Below are positions 37,810-49,505 of a DNA stretch of 64,000 bases, in pieces; positions within the stretch are counted from its first letter, which is position 1; each line of letters begins with the position of its first letter. Location: assembly GCA_950097015.1 (NCBI GenBank), contig CATNEN010000037.1, positions 1,178,001 to 1,242,000 of the forward strand, read 5' to 3'. The position numbers were made by a program, and so were the translations under genes. Below the pieces are notes generated by a model, which was given only the letters and a program-made list of their open reading frames with translations, was not told where the DNA came from and made no database searches. Source of the DNA: Macrostomum hystrix. Lineage: Eukaryota > Animalia > Platyhelminthes.

Positions 37810-38449
37810 CGTGTCACTCCGTCCCGTGTCACTCCGTCCCGTGTCACTCCGTCCCGTGTCACTCCGTCCCGTGTCACTCCGTCCCGTGTCACTCCGTCCC
37901 GTGTCACTCCGTCCCGTGTCACTCCGTCCCGTGTCACTCCGTCCCGTGTCACTCCGTCCCGTGTCACTCCGTCCCGTGTCACTCCGTCCCGTGTCACTCC
38001 GTCCCGTGTCACTCCGTCCCGTGTCACTCCGTCCCGTGTCACTCCGTCCCGTGTCACTCCGTCCCGTGTCACTCCGTCCCGTGTCACTCCGTCCCGTGTC
38101 ACTCCGTCCCGTGTCACTCCGTCCCGTGTCACTCCGTCCCGTGTCACTCCGTCCCGTGTCACTCCGTCCCGTGTCACTCCGTCCCGTGTCACTCCGTCCC
38201 GTGTCACTCCGTCCCGTGTCACTCCGTCCCGTGTCACTCCGTCCCGTGTCACTCCGTCCCGTGTCACTCCGTCCCGTGTCACTCCGTCCCGTGTCACTCC
38301 GTCCCGTGTCACTCCGTCCCGTGTCACTCCGTCCCGTGTCACTCCGTCCCGTGTCACTCCGTCCCGTGTCACTCCGTCCCGTGTCACTCCGTCCCGTGTC
38401 ACTCCGTCCCGTGTCACTCCGTCCCGTGTCACTCCGTCCCGTGTCACTC
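37810..38449. repeat. Perfect 15-bp minisatellite (CGTGTCACTCCGTCC), ~42 copies, intronic
   Basis: No variant units seen; begins within 10 nt of the 37802 splice donor. Confidence 0.98.
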
Positions 38450-39561
38450 AGCACCAGATAGTCAGAACATTGGTCGTGCACTTTTGCGCTTCTGCTAGTC
38501 GATTCTTATAGGAAATCCTTCTCCCCAGATTGGCAGCAAGGAACTGGGTAGGAAAGCTGAGGAAAGTCTGAAAATTCGTTAAAAGCCCGCAGACGGAGCC
38601 CAACATATTCGATGCTCTTTGTTGACCTCAATTATTGACGCCCTCGTTCTGAGAAATGTGGAGTCTTCAGTCTGCTTCCGATTTTCCCCAGCTGCTCTTG
38701 CACTCATTCTCGGCCGGGCCAGGGGCATTGAGAAGAGAGAGAGAGAGCTGCGTCTCATGATTCTTGCGTCCTACTCGAGTCTGAACTCTCGCAGCCACCC
38801 CCAGCCCGGCTGGTCAAGTTTCCACTGGCTTGGAACGCGAGGGAGAAGAGAGTATGAGAGAGCTTCTCGAACCGTTCGCGTTAACTCCTCCCCCAACAGA
38901 ACCGCCGCTCACACTGATAGTCATTACCTCCTTAGGCTTACCATACTTCCACTTCCCCGACAACACTGTCCCGAAAACTCCCCCTCTACCCCCGACCTCT
39001 CCCTCTGGTCCATCCGTGCTTTTCTACTCCTGCTAAATCGATCAGAGCTATTTGCAGTTGCTGCCGAGGGGGGGCGAATGGGGATGAAGCAGCGAGCCGG
39101 CATTCATTGATCGGATTGAGGCGCGAGGCGACAGAAGAACGGGACGGAGACTGGAGTCTGGCAGTCCTGGAGCAGGAAGGAGAGAGAGTTTTGGATGGGA
39201 ATAAGGGGAAAAATGGCCCGACTTAGCCGAGTGCGCCTCGGACTGTCTTCACTCGCTCTCTCTCAGTCAGAAGTGAGGCAGCCGAGTCCTTGAGTCTAGC
39301 TTTGAGAAGGCAGAGAGCGAATGTGCTTGCCGACTGCAGAAATTCATTCAGCGGCTGCAGCTGAGGCATGCGGCGCGATGCGGGCTCTGAGTGGGGCCAA
39401 CGGGGTCGCTGATCTTAACTGCCTCTCCCATTGTCAAGCCGGGTTCCCCCGTTGAGAATTCTCTTAATAACTCCCAGTGACAGTGAGGACGTAATCAAGT
39501 GGGAATGCGTGAGGCAGGTTAAGCTTAACTCCGCGCCGACATCCCACGCATCTGGTTGCAG

Positions 39562-41321
39562 GTGAAGAGGAGCTGCCTGGCCACAACGTGCAGTTCCCAT
39601 TCAAGTCGCACTTCAGCAAGTTTCCAAAGCTGCCCAACCCCAAGAAGGCCATCAAGCAGGTGCTGAAAGGGGAGAGCAAGCGGGTCCGGCGGGAGAAGCG
39701 CGAACAGGAGGAAATGGAGCGCATCATGAACACGGTGAATCCGTTCGACCACTTCGAGAAGACAGAGAGCGACGACTGGAAAGAGTTCGAGGAGTTTCGC
39801 ATGCGGATCGCCAGCGCTACGGAGGCGACAACCCAGAAGATGAGCAGCGCCTACGCGCAGCGAAAACAGCAGGATGCTGAGGCGGAGGCTGCCCGCTTCA
39901 AGCTGCCGCCGCTGCCCTCCGAGGTTAAGAAGGCCGAGGAGGAGAAGAGAAAGGTCTGGCGAAACTTTGACACGGACGAGTTGGACGAGTCGGACCTCGG
40001 CGAGCCACGCACAGGGCAGCTGCTGCCCTCCGGAAGCCGCGAGGCGATCAGCAAGCCGAGCACCGTCGACGTCCTCGCAGAGGTGGCGGTGGCAGCGATG
40101 TCTGCCGAGTCCAACAATCTAGGACCGGAGAGTATTGTGGACCAATTCCTCAGTGAGGTGACTCCGCCAGCAGCAGCCGATGAGAAGGAGGAGATGGCAA
40201 AGACGGACAGCTCCGAAGCGGTGACCAGCGCCGATCCCTTCGGTTCCCCCTTTGGTACTGCTGCTACTGCCGAGCCCGCCGACGACGCTGCCGGCAGTGC
40301 TGGCCTCTTCGACAACGACGAGTTTACTGTGACGGAGGAGATGAAAGAAGCCGCGGCCAGGGAGGCCCTGATGGAGGAGAGCCTGGCCGGCGGCTCGTCA
40401 ACAGCGGCGCGTGAGAGGCCGAGGCCGAGGGCAGCCGCGGTGGCTCGGCAGGACACGCTGTCGGGCAATAATCCGTTCCGCAAAGGCGATAGTAGCGGCT
40501 CCGACGAGATAGAGTCCGCAGAGACTGAGGCGAAGGCTGAAGCTGCGGCCGCAGAGGAAGAAAAGCCAAAATCGTTCGATCCGCTGGGCACAATCTACCC
40601 GGCTGAGGATAGCGACAGCAGCGACGATGAAGAGGAGGACCGGTTGAAGGTGCGCATCCGGACGAAGACCACTGTGCTGGACAAGCCGCTGGAATCAGTG
40701 CCGGTGCCGACGCTCTCTGCTCCGCCAAAAATCGAGCTCCAGGGCCGCTTCAATCCATTCGACATAGACGAATCGCAGGCGAAGGCGTCACAGAACCTGC
40801 GCGGAGGTCGGTTAGCTGCTGGCGCGGCGGACCAGGCTGACGACCAGACTAACGTCTGGGGCGATGCCGCTGACGGGGCTCAGGGTGGCGGTGGCGGAGG
40901 AGACGGTTTCGGCGATGATCTTGGCTTCGAGGTGAACTGGGACCGACCGAACGCGCCGACACCGATAGCGGTGACGGACGTCGCCATGGAGGCGCGCAAG
41001 AGACTGCGCAGTCCCACCCCGCCGATGGCGCCGTTCGAGCCATTCCACCCGCGGTACGAAGAGGACGGCTGGCGGCTAATGGTGCGCATGCCAGAGAAGA
41101 AGAAGAAGCTCAGCAAGCAGATAAGCAAGTTCACGTCGGACAGGTGGTGGAAGGAGATTCACGTGCGCATCGCCTGGGAGCAGGACAGGCCGACGCTGAG
41201 GCTGTTCGGCCAGGAGGACCCGAACACGCCCTACCGCAGCATCCGGCTGGAGCCGCAGCATCAGCTGAGCCGGGACAAGCTGCAGCAGTACGACAAGTAC
41301 GGCAAGCTGCACATATTCAAG
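39562..41321 (+). CDS. stnB: Stonin (stoned B / UNC-41 homolog) exon 2: NPF/DPF/WxxF motifs and start of stonin homology domain
   Basis: VNPFD, NNPF, FNPFD, ADPF and WRNF-acidic motifs; GWRLMVRMPEKKK...RWWKEIHVR...QQYDKYGKLHIFK. Donor G|GTGAG at 41322, phase 0. Confidence 0.88.
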
Positions 41322-41464
41322 GTGAGAGCTTAAGGCTTGCCCTAGCTTGACTTCAACCGTCAAATGCAACCCTCAGAAGTTGCTGGCCTACCGACTGCTA
41401 AATCCATTACTAGTAGACTAGTTTGCATTACTTACTCGCAGCTCGAATTTTCATACCTTCACAG

Positions 41465-42440
41465 GTAAATTTGCTCACTTACAAAGAGCTTGTCGGCGTG
41501 CGCACGGAGAAGTGGTCGCTGAAGACCTTCCAAACCATGATCAGCAAGCCCAAGGCCGCAGACGTGTTCGACCACATGCCAATTCGCACTGAGATCATCA
41601 AGTTTGGCAGCATGGACCAGTACACCATCCGGTCACTGATGTGGGCCATCGAGGACGAGATGATGAAGATTTCAGTGGGCAGAGACAGGAACAGAGCGCC
41701 CGTCGACTACAGCAAGGAGGAGTGCTGCGGCTACGTTCAGGACGAGTTCGAAGCCCTGGTGGACAAAGAGGGCCACACTCTGCACCAGAAGTCGCGCACC
41801 CGAGTGTTCTTCACCGCCTTCGTAGCCGGCATGCCGTTTATTGAGCTGGGCCTCAATGACAAATGGCGCTACGGCAACGAGGTGGTGAAACGGCAGGACA
41901 TCATCCCGATTATGCACGACGACTGGATTGAAATGTACGAGCCTGAGTTCCACGCTGTGGTGGACATGCAGCGCTATGAGCAGTCGCACATGATCTGCTT
42001 CTATCCGCTGGACGCCTGTCGCTTCGAGTTGATGCGCTTCCGAGTGCCGCTCAAACCCAACCAGGAGCTGCCAGTGCAGGTGAAGTGCGTCTTCAACATC
42101 AACAGGGAGCGCGTCGAAATTCGATGCGACGTTGTGGTTCCGGGCTTCTTCAGCAGCACCACCCGCTGTCACGAGGTGCCAGCCGAGGACATCGAGATTC
42201 GCATTCCGCTGCCGGAGGACTGGGTGTACTTCTTCCGGCAGGAGGGCAAGTTCAAGTACAACTCGGTGCACTCTACGCTGCGCAGGCCCGGTCGAATCAA
42301 GGGCATCGAGCGCATCACCCAGATGGCGCAGGGCTTCTTCCCGCCCTCCATCATGGAGGCTGACACTGGGGTGGCCAAGTATGAGCACCTCTACAGGGCT
42401 ATTGTCTGGCGGATCGCGCGGCTGCCAGAGAAGCACCACG
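41465..42440 (+). CDS. stnB: Stonin exon 3: end of SHD and mu-homology domain
   Basis: Acceptor ACAG| at 41464. IKFGSMD...ELGLND...DIIP...EFHAVVD...FYPLDACRFELMRFR...AKYEHLYRAIVWRIARLP. Donor |GTAAAA at 42441, phase 1. Confidence 0.93.
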
Positions 42441-42576
42441 GTAAAAAAGCATACTTTGAATGGAGGGTTGGGGCGTCATTAATTATAGATGCTGTTTCGT
42501 AGGCGGTCAGTTTATAGAAACTTGAGCAGAGTTAGCTCACCGCATTTTATTGCAACAACTCCGCTCCATCCCTCAG

Positions 42577-43484
42577 GCGCCTACAAGACGCACCTGTTCA
42601 CCTGCAAGCTGCAGCTGGGCCCGCACGACACTGTGCCTCCCTGGGAGACTCTGAACGATTCGCTGCACGTGGAGTTCAGCATGCCGGGCAGCACAGTGTC
42701 CGGTTGCACCATTCGCAGCATCGGCGTTGAGCACACTGAGACGACAGGCAAGTTTGTCAAGTACGTGGCCAAGTACAGCTACAACTGGGGCATTCACTAC
42801 GTGCTGGGCGAGCGAAAGGACGTGGCGCTAAAGAGCATCCTGGACGATGTGCAGCCGATGAGGGACTCGGATGAGGAGGCGGAAGAAGCGGAGGCCGAGG
42901 CGCACGCTGAGGCGGAGACGGTAGAGGAAGGCAGGGCCCATGCGGCTGAGGCTGCTGCGCCGCACAATGACGAGAGAGATGTCAGAACAGTTGCCATGGA
43001 GACCAAAGCAGCGGCAGCTGGAGCGTCACTGCTGTCGGCATTCGGAGTTGACTTGCACGGTGGCAGCGCCGCGCCACAGGCTCCAGCTGACTCAGCTGCC
43101 GCCAGTTCCGATGGTGGCATCTTCGACCCGCTAGCGGCGGTGGCTGAGGCCGGCGGCCTCTTCAGCGGAGACTGCAGTCAGGCTCAGCAGTTTTCGATGA
43201 ACCTCAATGATCTCCTGGGTCTGGACATTGCTCTGGGCAAAGATGCTGCTAGAAAGTCAGCAGATTCACCTCAGCATCAACGGCCACAGCCAGAGGCGGA
43301 TCCAGAAGAGTCTTTGAATTCTGTTGAGCCAGCAGAGTCCGTTGCAGCCGACGAAGCCGATTTTCCGCCTCCACCAGCCGATTTGGCGGCTCCGCCAGGC
43401 GACGAATCTCCACCAACCTCAGGGCCGGACGAGCCGGACGAGGATGAAGCCGAGGCGGGAGCCGACGAAGGCGCCCTGTGCTAG
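42577..43484 (+). CDS. stnB: Stonin exon 4: end of MHD and acidic C-terminal extension
   Basis: Acceptor CCTCAG| at 42576, phase 1. GAYKTHLFTCKL...VEFSMPGSTVSGCTIRSI...KFVKYVAKYSY; stop TAG at 43482-43484. The four exons sum to 6084 nt (2027 aa + stop). Confidence 0.9.
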
Positions 43485-44888
43485 CAGGGACCAGCTGAAT
43501 CGTTACTTTAGTTGAATTGACATCGCTGATTTATGACTGTCACATGATAATGGTGCAGCTTTATTTTGACTCTTCGCGTGTCTCCTCTGCTCCACAACTA
43601 ACTAAATATGTCATTTCGGCTCACTCTTTTCAACCCGACTCTCTTGTTCTACTCGACCTCTATGGATAAAAGTGTTATTCGGCCCTCATAAGACAACGGC
43701 CCATTTCCATTTTTCCCTTTTCCTAAATTTTCATCCACAAATGTTGAACTGCCTACTTTTCTACATTCACAAGCATAATAGTACTGTCAGTAGCGATGCT
43801 TATTATGTGTGCAAAAACATTTTGTAGTAGCTTGCAATGCTTTTTTATGCTCTTATAAAGTCTATTGACTTAAAAGTACTACCAGAACTGTTTTTTACAT
43901 TTGCACCCGTCTACCTTGTCTAAGCTTTTTCATATCTATACATAGGCTCAGTCTTTACAAGCTAATTAGATAACTTTCTTACACCTAATTTGCTGATCTT
44001 ATGATATACTATCTAGGCTTCGAATGTGTTTAAGCTCCATTGTCACCCAATCCCTTTAATGTTGTTCCTAGCAATTGTATTTTCATCTCTCAAATCTTAG
44101 GTGAAAGCAGGATTCTGATAAAATATTTAGTTTTGCTAGCCATGCGAATAGAAAATAACTTCTTATTCTTATACCAGACCTTTGTCGCTAGCTGCACTGT
44201 TTTTTATCAATTTTTCTTTTATGCTTTACATATTAAGACACCGAAGCACATGGCTCAGTGGGCACCCTGGCTTCTACCCCCAGTATTTTTAATAATGATC
44301 TATGCTTATATCTCCGATCTGATTGTTAAATTCCTCGCTAAGCCTTTGCATTCGTTTAGCGAGGCAGTTTATTAAAAAATGTCAAGCAAAAGTATATATA
44401 TATATAGTCTATATATGCAGCGTAACTTACTCCACGGCTCTCGAATAAAATTTATTTCATAACGGCGAACCATTTGCCATTTGAAAAGATTATAGACTAA
44501 ATCTAAAAAACAGCGTCCTATATTGCTCCCATTTTAAGAACTCACAGTAGGTAGAATAATGAGAACACAAGAACTAGTTGAATGTGAATTCAACTTTCAA
44601 AGCATGAGTTCTAAAGTGTTTCAGTCATTTTAAAGCGTTACAACGTTAAAGCGTATTTTCCGGCATTGCAAAACGAACACACCTGCATGTGGTTATTGTC
44701 TATGGAAAATATTGTGAGGATAAGGCAAAGCTGTTTTTAAGCTAGTCTTATCACTTAATTCGATGTTTTAGAGAAGGTGGAATTATTATTTCCAATGTGT
44801 AAACACAGCTCCAGTTACCAAGGCTAAAGAAAGCATCCAGTTCAGGACGGCTTGTTGACTCTCTGGAGCACAGCTGGCCGCCAGCGCT

Positions 44889-44904
44889 ATGTGGCCGCGC
44901 CAGA

Positions 44905-44942
<38 letters not shown>

Positions 44943-45796
44943 TCCTGTCAGCCTGCGCCACTCTACATCCCAGACTCAATCTTCGAGTCGGACTTTTGGG
45001 AGCAGCACTGCAGCAATGAGTATGAGTCAATACGACAATCAGCTGATCAAAAGCAGCAGTCAGAATCAATCTGCCAGGTTGACTTGCACTCAAGTTTTCA
45101 AATTAACTGTCCACAAAAGGATATTTATGAAGACTGTAACGAACCGATTTGCATTCCAACTGGACAGAAAGGCTTCCAATCAATATATGAACCGCAGCAC
45201 AGCGTTCAACAAATTTATCAACCGCAAGAAAACGCCCAAAACGTTTACCAACCACCACAAAACGCCCAACCAATCTGCTCACAACAGAACGTCCAAAAAG
45301 TAAACCAACCGCACAAAAGCTTAAAACTACTCTGCGAGCAGTCGAATCTCCGGCAACCTTGTCAGCAGAGCAGCCATCAGACATACCATCCTGACTGCCA
45401 GGTTCTGTACAATCGGCACTGGGAACAGGATCTGTACAGCCTAACTGAGCGACCCCTGGAGCCGGTGCTCACTGCAGATGCAGACTGTCAGGTGTGCCAG
45501 TGGGATCAGCTCTTCACTCGCGCTAGGGAGCCAGCCGAGCCAATGTCTCAGCAGCACTTCATTGAAGCGATACAGTCTTCAAAGCTGAGATTACCGACTC
45601 ATTTCACGAAGTCGAAGGCGGGCATGGACCCGGACAGCAGAATATTGATCTCCTTCAACCCTAAACTGGCCACAATCTATATTGATGCGTCTTCCACTTG
45701 CCATTCTGGTGGCTGCATGAGAAGCTCTGGTGGCAGCGATACTGGAAATCTATCTGTTGCACCATCATCGGTACCAACGCCTGATTTGGACAATTA
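44889..45796 (+). CDS. Q-rich ORF/exon of unknown function
   Basis: 302-aa ORF with a GTGAGT donor at 45797 just inside the stop. A 50-nt AG...GT block at 46238-46287 is phase-compatible. No recognisable domain. Confidence 0.4.
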
Positions 45797-46444
45797 GTGA
45801 GTGCACACTTTCCATTACTTCAACGTTTTACACACAGCTGCAATGCAATTATAGATGATTAAGCACACGATTGGTGTCTATGCTTGCTTTCGAATTCGCA
45901 GTTTTAAACGATAAGAATATCCAGTGCAGAAATTGGATTTCCTCGCTAAAGTATATGGAATATAAGATACAAAACGCTGCTCTGCCCGATGTACAGCCTT
46001 TGCGTAGCGTATCCAAAGATGGACTGAGGAGTCGTTGCACCAACCTAAAATTCTGCCCTAGCTGCGAACTCCTGACCACTCAACCATAATTTCCATTCTC
46101 TAATCTTTCTCCTAATGAGTTAGAATTTTTCATATAAGCATTGAAACCTAGCAGCTAAGGGTTGTTTTAAATAAAATGTCGGTACATCCCTATCAAAATT
46201 TGAACTTTTGTACTCTAAACTTCTAGTTTATTTTCAGCCCCTTCGCTGGTGCTGATCGTGAAAGAGACACGCCATTGTATGTCAGATGTAAGTAAGAGAT
46301 TGCGTTGGTTTCATAATTTAATTTCTCTTTATAGAGCGGATTGAAAGCATAGCAAAAATTCAGCTCGAGCAGTGTTGGAAATTTATTTAGTATTGACAGA
46401 CAAAGGATAGTATTGGGAATTAGACGGTCCCGGGATAAAGGAGC

Positions 46445-47383
46445 TTGGTGATTGGACCGATGGATTTATTGCAAACGCGCCCATGCACACCGACTGCAGC
46501 AACTTGTCCGGCTAGTGCAGCGACGACGTATCGTTGGCAGCAGCCAGTTCAGCAACCTGTGCGAGAGATGCCGCCACCGCCGCTACCGCGAGCGCCAGTT
46601 CCGCTGATAACACAGCGGTCGATCCAGACGGAGTTCGAGATTGAGACCACGCCGTTGGAACCAGAGTTGGCCGCAGTCACATCTTCTAAGCGGCATCAAC
46701 GATCATCTGAAAAGCTGGCCGACGCTATTGCACTGGCAGCGGCAACAGCGGCTGCGGCTGCACCGCCGCGTCGGACATTGACAGGGCAGCAGCATCAGCG
46801 GGAAGCAATGGCTCAGCGGCGAATGTCTGAAGATGTTAGCTTGTCGGACTCGGCGTTGCAGTCCTCCGCTGGAACTCCACATCCGTGGACTTCTGAGTCG
46901 GACACTGCGGCTGCTGAACAAACAGAGATGGCGGATGCGGCAGCAACGGATGTATCGAAAGTGAAATCGACAACAGAGAAAAGGGTGGAAGGCGGCGGCG
47001 GAGGAAGCGAGGAGGGAAGCAAAGCAGACGGCAGAGGCGATGTGGCGCCATACAAGACCACCATCCAGCTGCTGCGCTTCAAGAATAACGGCCAGTTCAG
47101 CAAGAAAAACGCGCCCAGACGAATCGAGCCACCCCACTTCGTCAGCCAGCACCAGCCTGAGAATGTGGTGTCCGGCAGAAGCGACGGCGGGGGTGGATTG
47201 GCGAAGTCGCGTCCGACGCATTGGCCTCCGGAGCCGCTGCTGCAGCGGGCAAACTTCTCCAACTCTGAGGTGGCCGATGAGTCTTCGCTGCCGCCAAGTG
47301 ACGCTGCAAACCGGCAGAAGCAGATCATGGTGAATGCGATGCGGTTGGCGCGACTCATACAGGACAGCTGGGGAATCCGGTGA
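46445..47383 (+). CDS. Low-complexity ORF/exon of unknown function
   Basis: 312-aa GC-rich ORF in an AT-rich context, with codon usage like the neighbouring genes and a possible donor GTGAGC at ~47380. No recognisable domain. Confidence 0.5.
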   Translation: MVIGPMDLLQTRPCTPTAATCPASAATTYRWQQPVQQPVREMPPPPLPRAPVPLITQRSIQTEFEIETTPLEPELAAVTSSKRHQRSSEKLADAIALAAATAAAAAPPRRTLTGQQHQREAMAQRRMSEDVSLSDSALQSSAGTPHPWTSESDTAAAEQTEMADAAATDVSKVKSTTEKRVEGGGGGSEEGSKADGRGDVAPYKTTIQLLRFKNNGQFSKKNAPRRIEPPHFVSQHQPENVVSGRSDGGGGLAKSRPTHWPPEPLLQRANFSNSEVADESSLPPSDAANRQKQIMVNAMRLARLIQDSWGIR

Positions 47384-48554
47384 GCCATGCTGTCCCTGCC
47401 AAAACGGCCCGTTTTCCAGATCAGTATCGGCTCACAAATACACTGGACAGATAGACAATAAACAATTCTGATGCGCACCTTGGAGAAAAACACAAATCAT
47501 AATTTTAGTTTCGTTGAAAATATTTTTAATGCTTTCGTTTGGTTAGAAAACTGGAAAGAATTCCCTACTATTTAAGTGACTGCTTTAGATGGAGATGTAG
47601 CGCATCAGAATCACCTGTGTGCCCAGTTGCACTTGCGGGCCCCGCAGTCAGCCTATGATTTGTCAATCACCTGGGGATTCTACTAATATACGAATATTTG
47701 TTTTACGTTTTTATGCTCTCTCGTATAGCTGGGATTGCGAAATCTTCTTTGTGCTTTGTGTTTTGGGGTGCTTTTTTATTAAAACACTTTATTTTACAAA
47801 AAAGTTTTTATTCATAGCTATCACGGCAGTCTATTGTGCACTCAGTAAACATTTCTGTCGTATTATTTTACACTTTCGTAACTATAGAACAGCATTTAAC
47901 ATATAAACGGGAATGCACACCGTAAGAGTATGATGTCTCGAAGAGCATTATTGCTTTCACCTAGAAATACACACCAACAGAGAACTGCATGGTCGTAATA
48001 GAATGTCAGATAAACCAATTGAGATTTGGTGACGGCACTTTTATTGATTTCTTTTTGGTCGCGACATTTCGCTAGCAATATTAACCCTCGACTTAAAAAT
48101 ACCATTATTTTGCTCCTTTAGAGTAAGTTTAGAAACCAGAAAAAGCAAAGTAATAATAATATAAAAAATTGCAGGAAGGCTGTGGTCAATGTCACATCAT
48201 TTTGGTGACAGCAGACCCTCAGCCAGCGTGGAGGCAATTCTGCCCATTCCGCTGACTCCTGAGCACCCACGCACTCAGGTACTGTACACAGAAACACAGG
48301 TGTGTACATCTGCTTTGAATTTTTAATCTTCAGGCAATGTAAATTTTCACTGTGTCTTGGAGGTTGGTCCCCATGAAAGTATATTGCACGAACCCATGGC
48401 TGAACTCCAAATGAATGTGGCCTCGCCCGGGAATAAAACTCAGGGACATTGGTGCGAGAGGCAAATCACGTTAACCGCTCTGCCACTCGCCCCCAACAAA
48501 TTGAGCATACTACTCGTATTCTCATATTCTCTTCTGACCACTAGGCTACAATCC

Positions 48555-48845
48555 CTTAGAGCGTCGGACTAACAACTTGAAAGTCGGGGGTTCGACTCCC
48601 GACTCCACTGTAACAATTTGGTTTCTTTACCAAGACAACTATGGATTGCTTCAGTTCCCCCAGCTGTTAAATAGTGCCAGCATCAGTTGGAGTAATTAAG
48701 AGAGGGTGTGGCGTCTCCCCAGTCCATGGACTGAACAGCCGAACGCAGCCTTCCGGTGCGCCGCGTAATAGCTGCGGCTGTGCTGTCGGCTGCACATCTG
48801 GCTGAATCGGGGCAGAGGTGTAACCAATTATCATAATATTATTAT
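48555..48845 (+). mobile_element. tRNA-derived CORE-like SINE with inverted 5' tip
   Basis: TTAGAGCGTCGGACT...GGTTCGACTCCC...CAGCTGTTAAATAGTGCCAG...GCTGCGGCTGTGCTGTCGGCTGCACATCTG and an AT-rich tail; same family as 49689-49992. Confidence 0.88.
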
Positions 48846-49505
48846 CATCATTTGTTACAACTAGTACACCACGTTCTGCACTACAGAAGCAGACAGAAAA
48901 TAAAAGTCCACGTGACAGACAGCCATTCATAAATGTACACGCGCACGCTAGCAGTAAACAGCACCAGGCAACACAAGTAGGCACGGAGCACTATAAGGCG
49001 GGCGGGTCCATGTCCCAGTTTCTGGGCGCGGTGGCGCAGACTGTGGGAAAAAAGCAACAACAACCTGCAGTTTGCGGTAGCTATCAAGCATTTCCAACAT
49101 TTTAAACGAGCGCCCCTCTTCTGCCCGGTGGGCAGTTAGCCCGCATCCTGGTCGCCGCCTTCAAGTCCTTGTCCGAGGCCCGGATTTAAAGCCTGTTTAT
49201 GCACATCTAGGCAATAATGCTGGTTGTTGTCCAATAATAGTAATTTTTTATTAAAGAGGCGAGAAAACTCACACGCTTTCAACCTGCCACAGCGGCTGTG
49301 ATTAGGATCTCATAAATCGTCAAGCAAGAATGTGAGAACCGTTCGTTGAGCTGTGACAGATCAACATGACTGAGTGGGCCCGGGGACTGACCGTCTGGGA
49401 TTGAGTGGGTCGAATGGATGTTTGATTAGGGGTTGGTGGCAGCTGTAGAGAATAAAATTTCTTGCAAACTTCTTCATATGTCAATAGCTTAAGAAGCGGC
49501 TCAAT

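Noticed and set aside
37802-38511. (RVTPS)n C-terminus of the 1049-aa ORF as a constitutive protein part
   Set aside because: A consensus GTAAGT donor precedes the array and is phase-compatible with the next exon, so it is treated as intronic.
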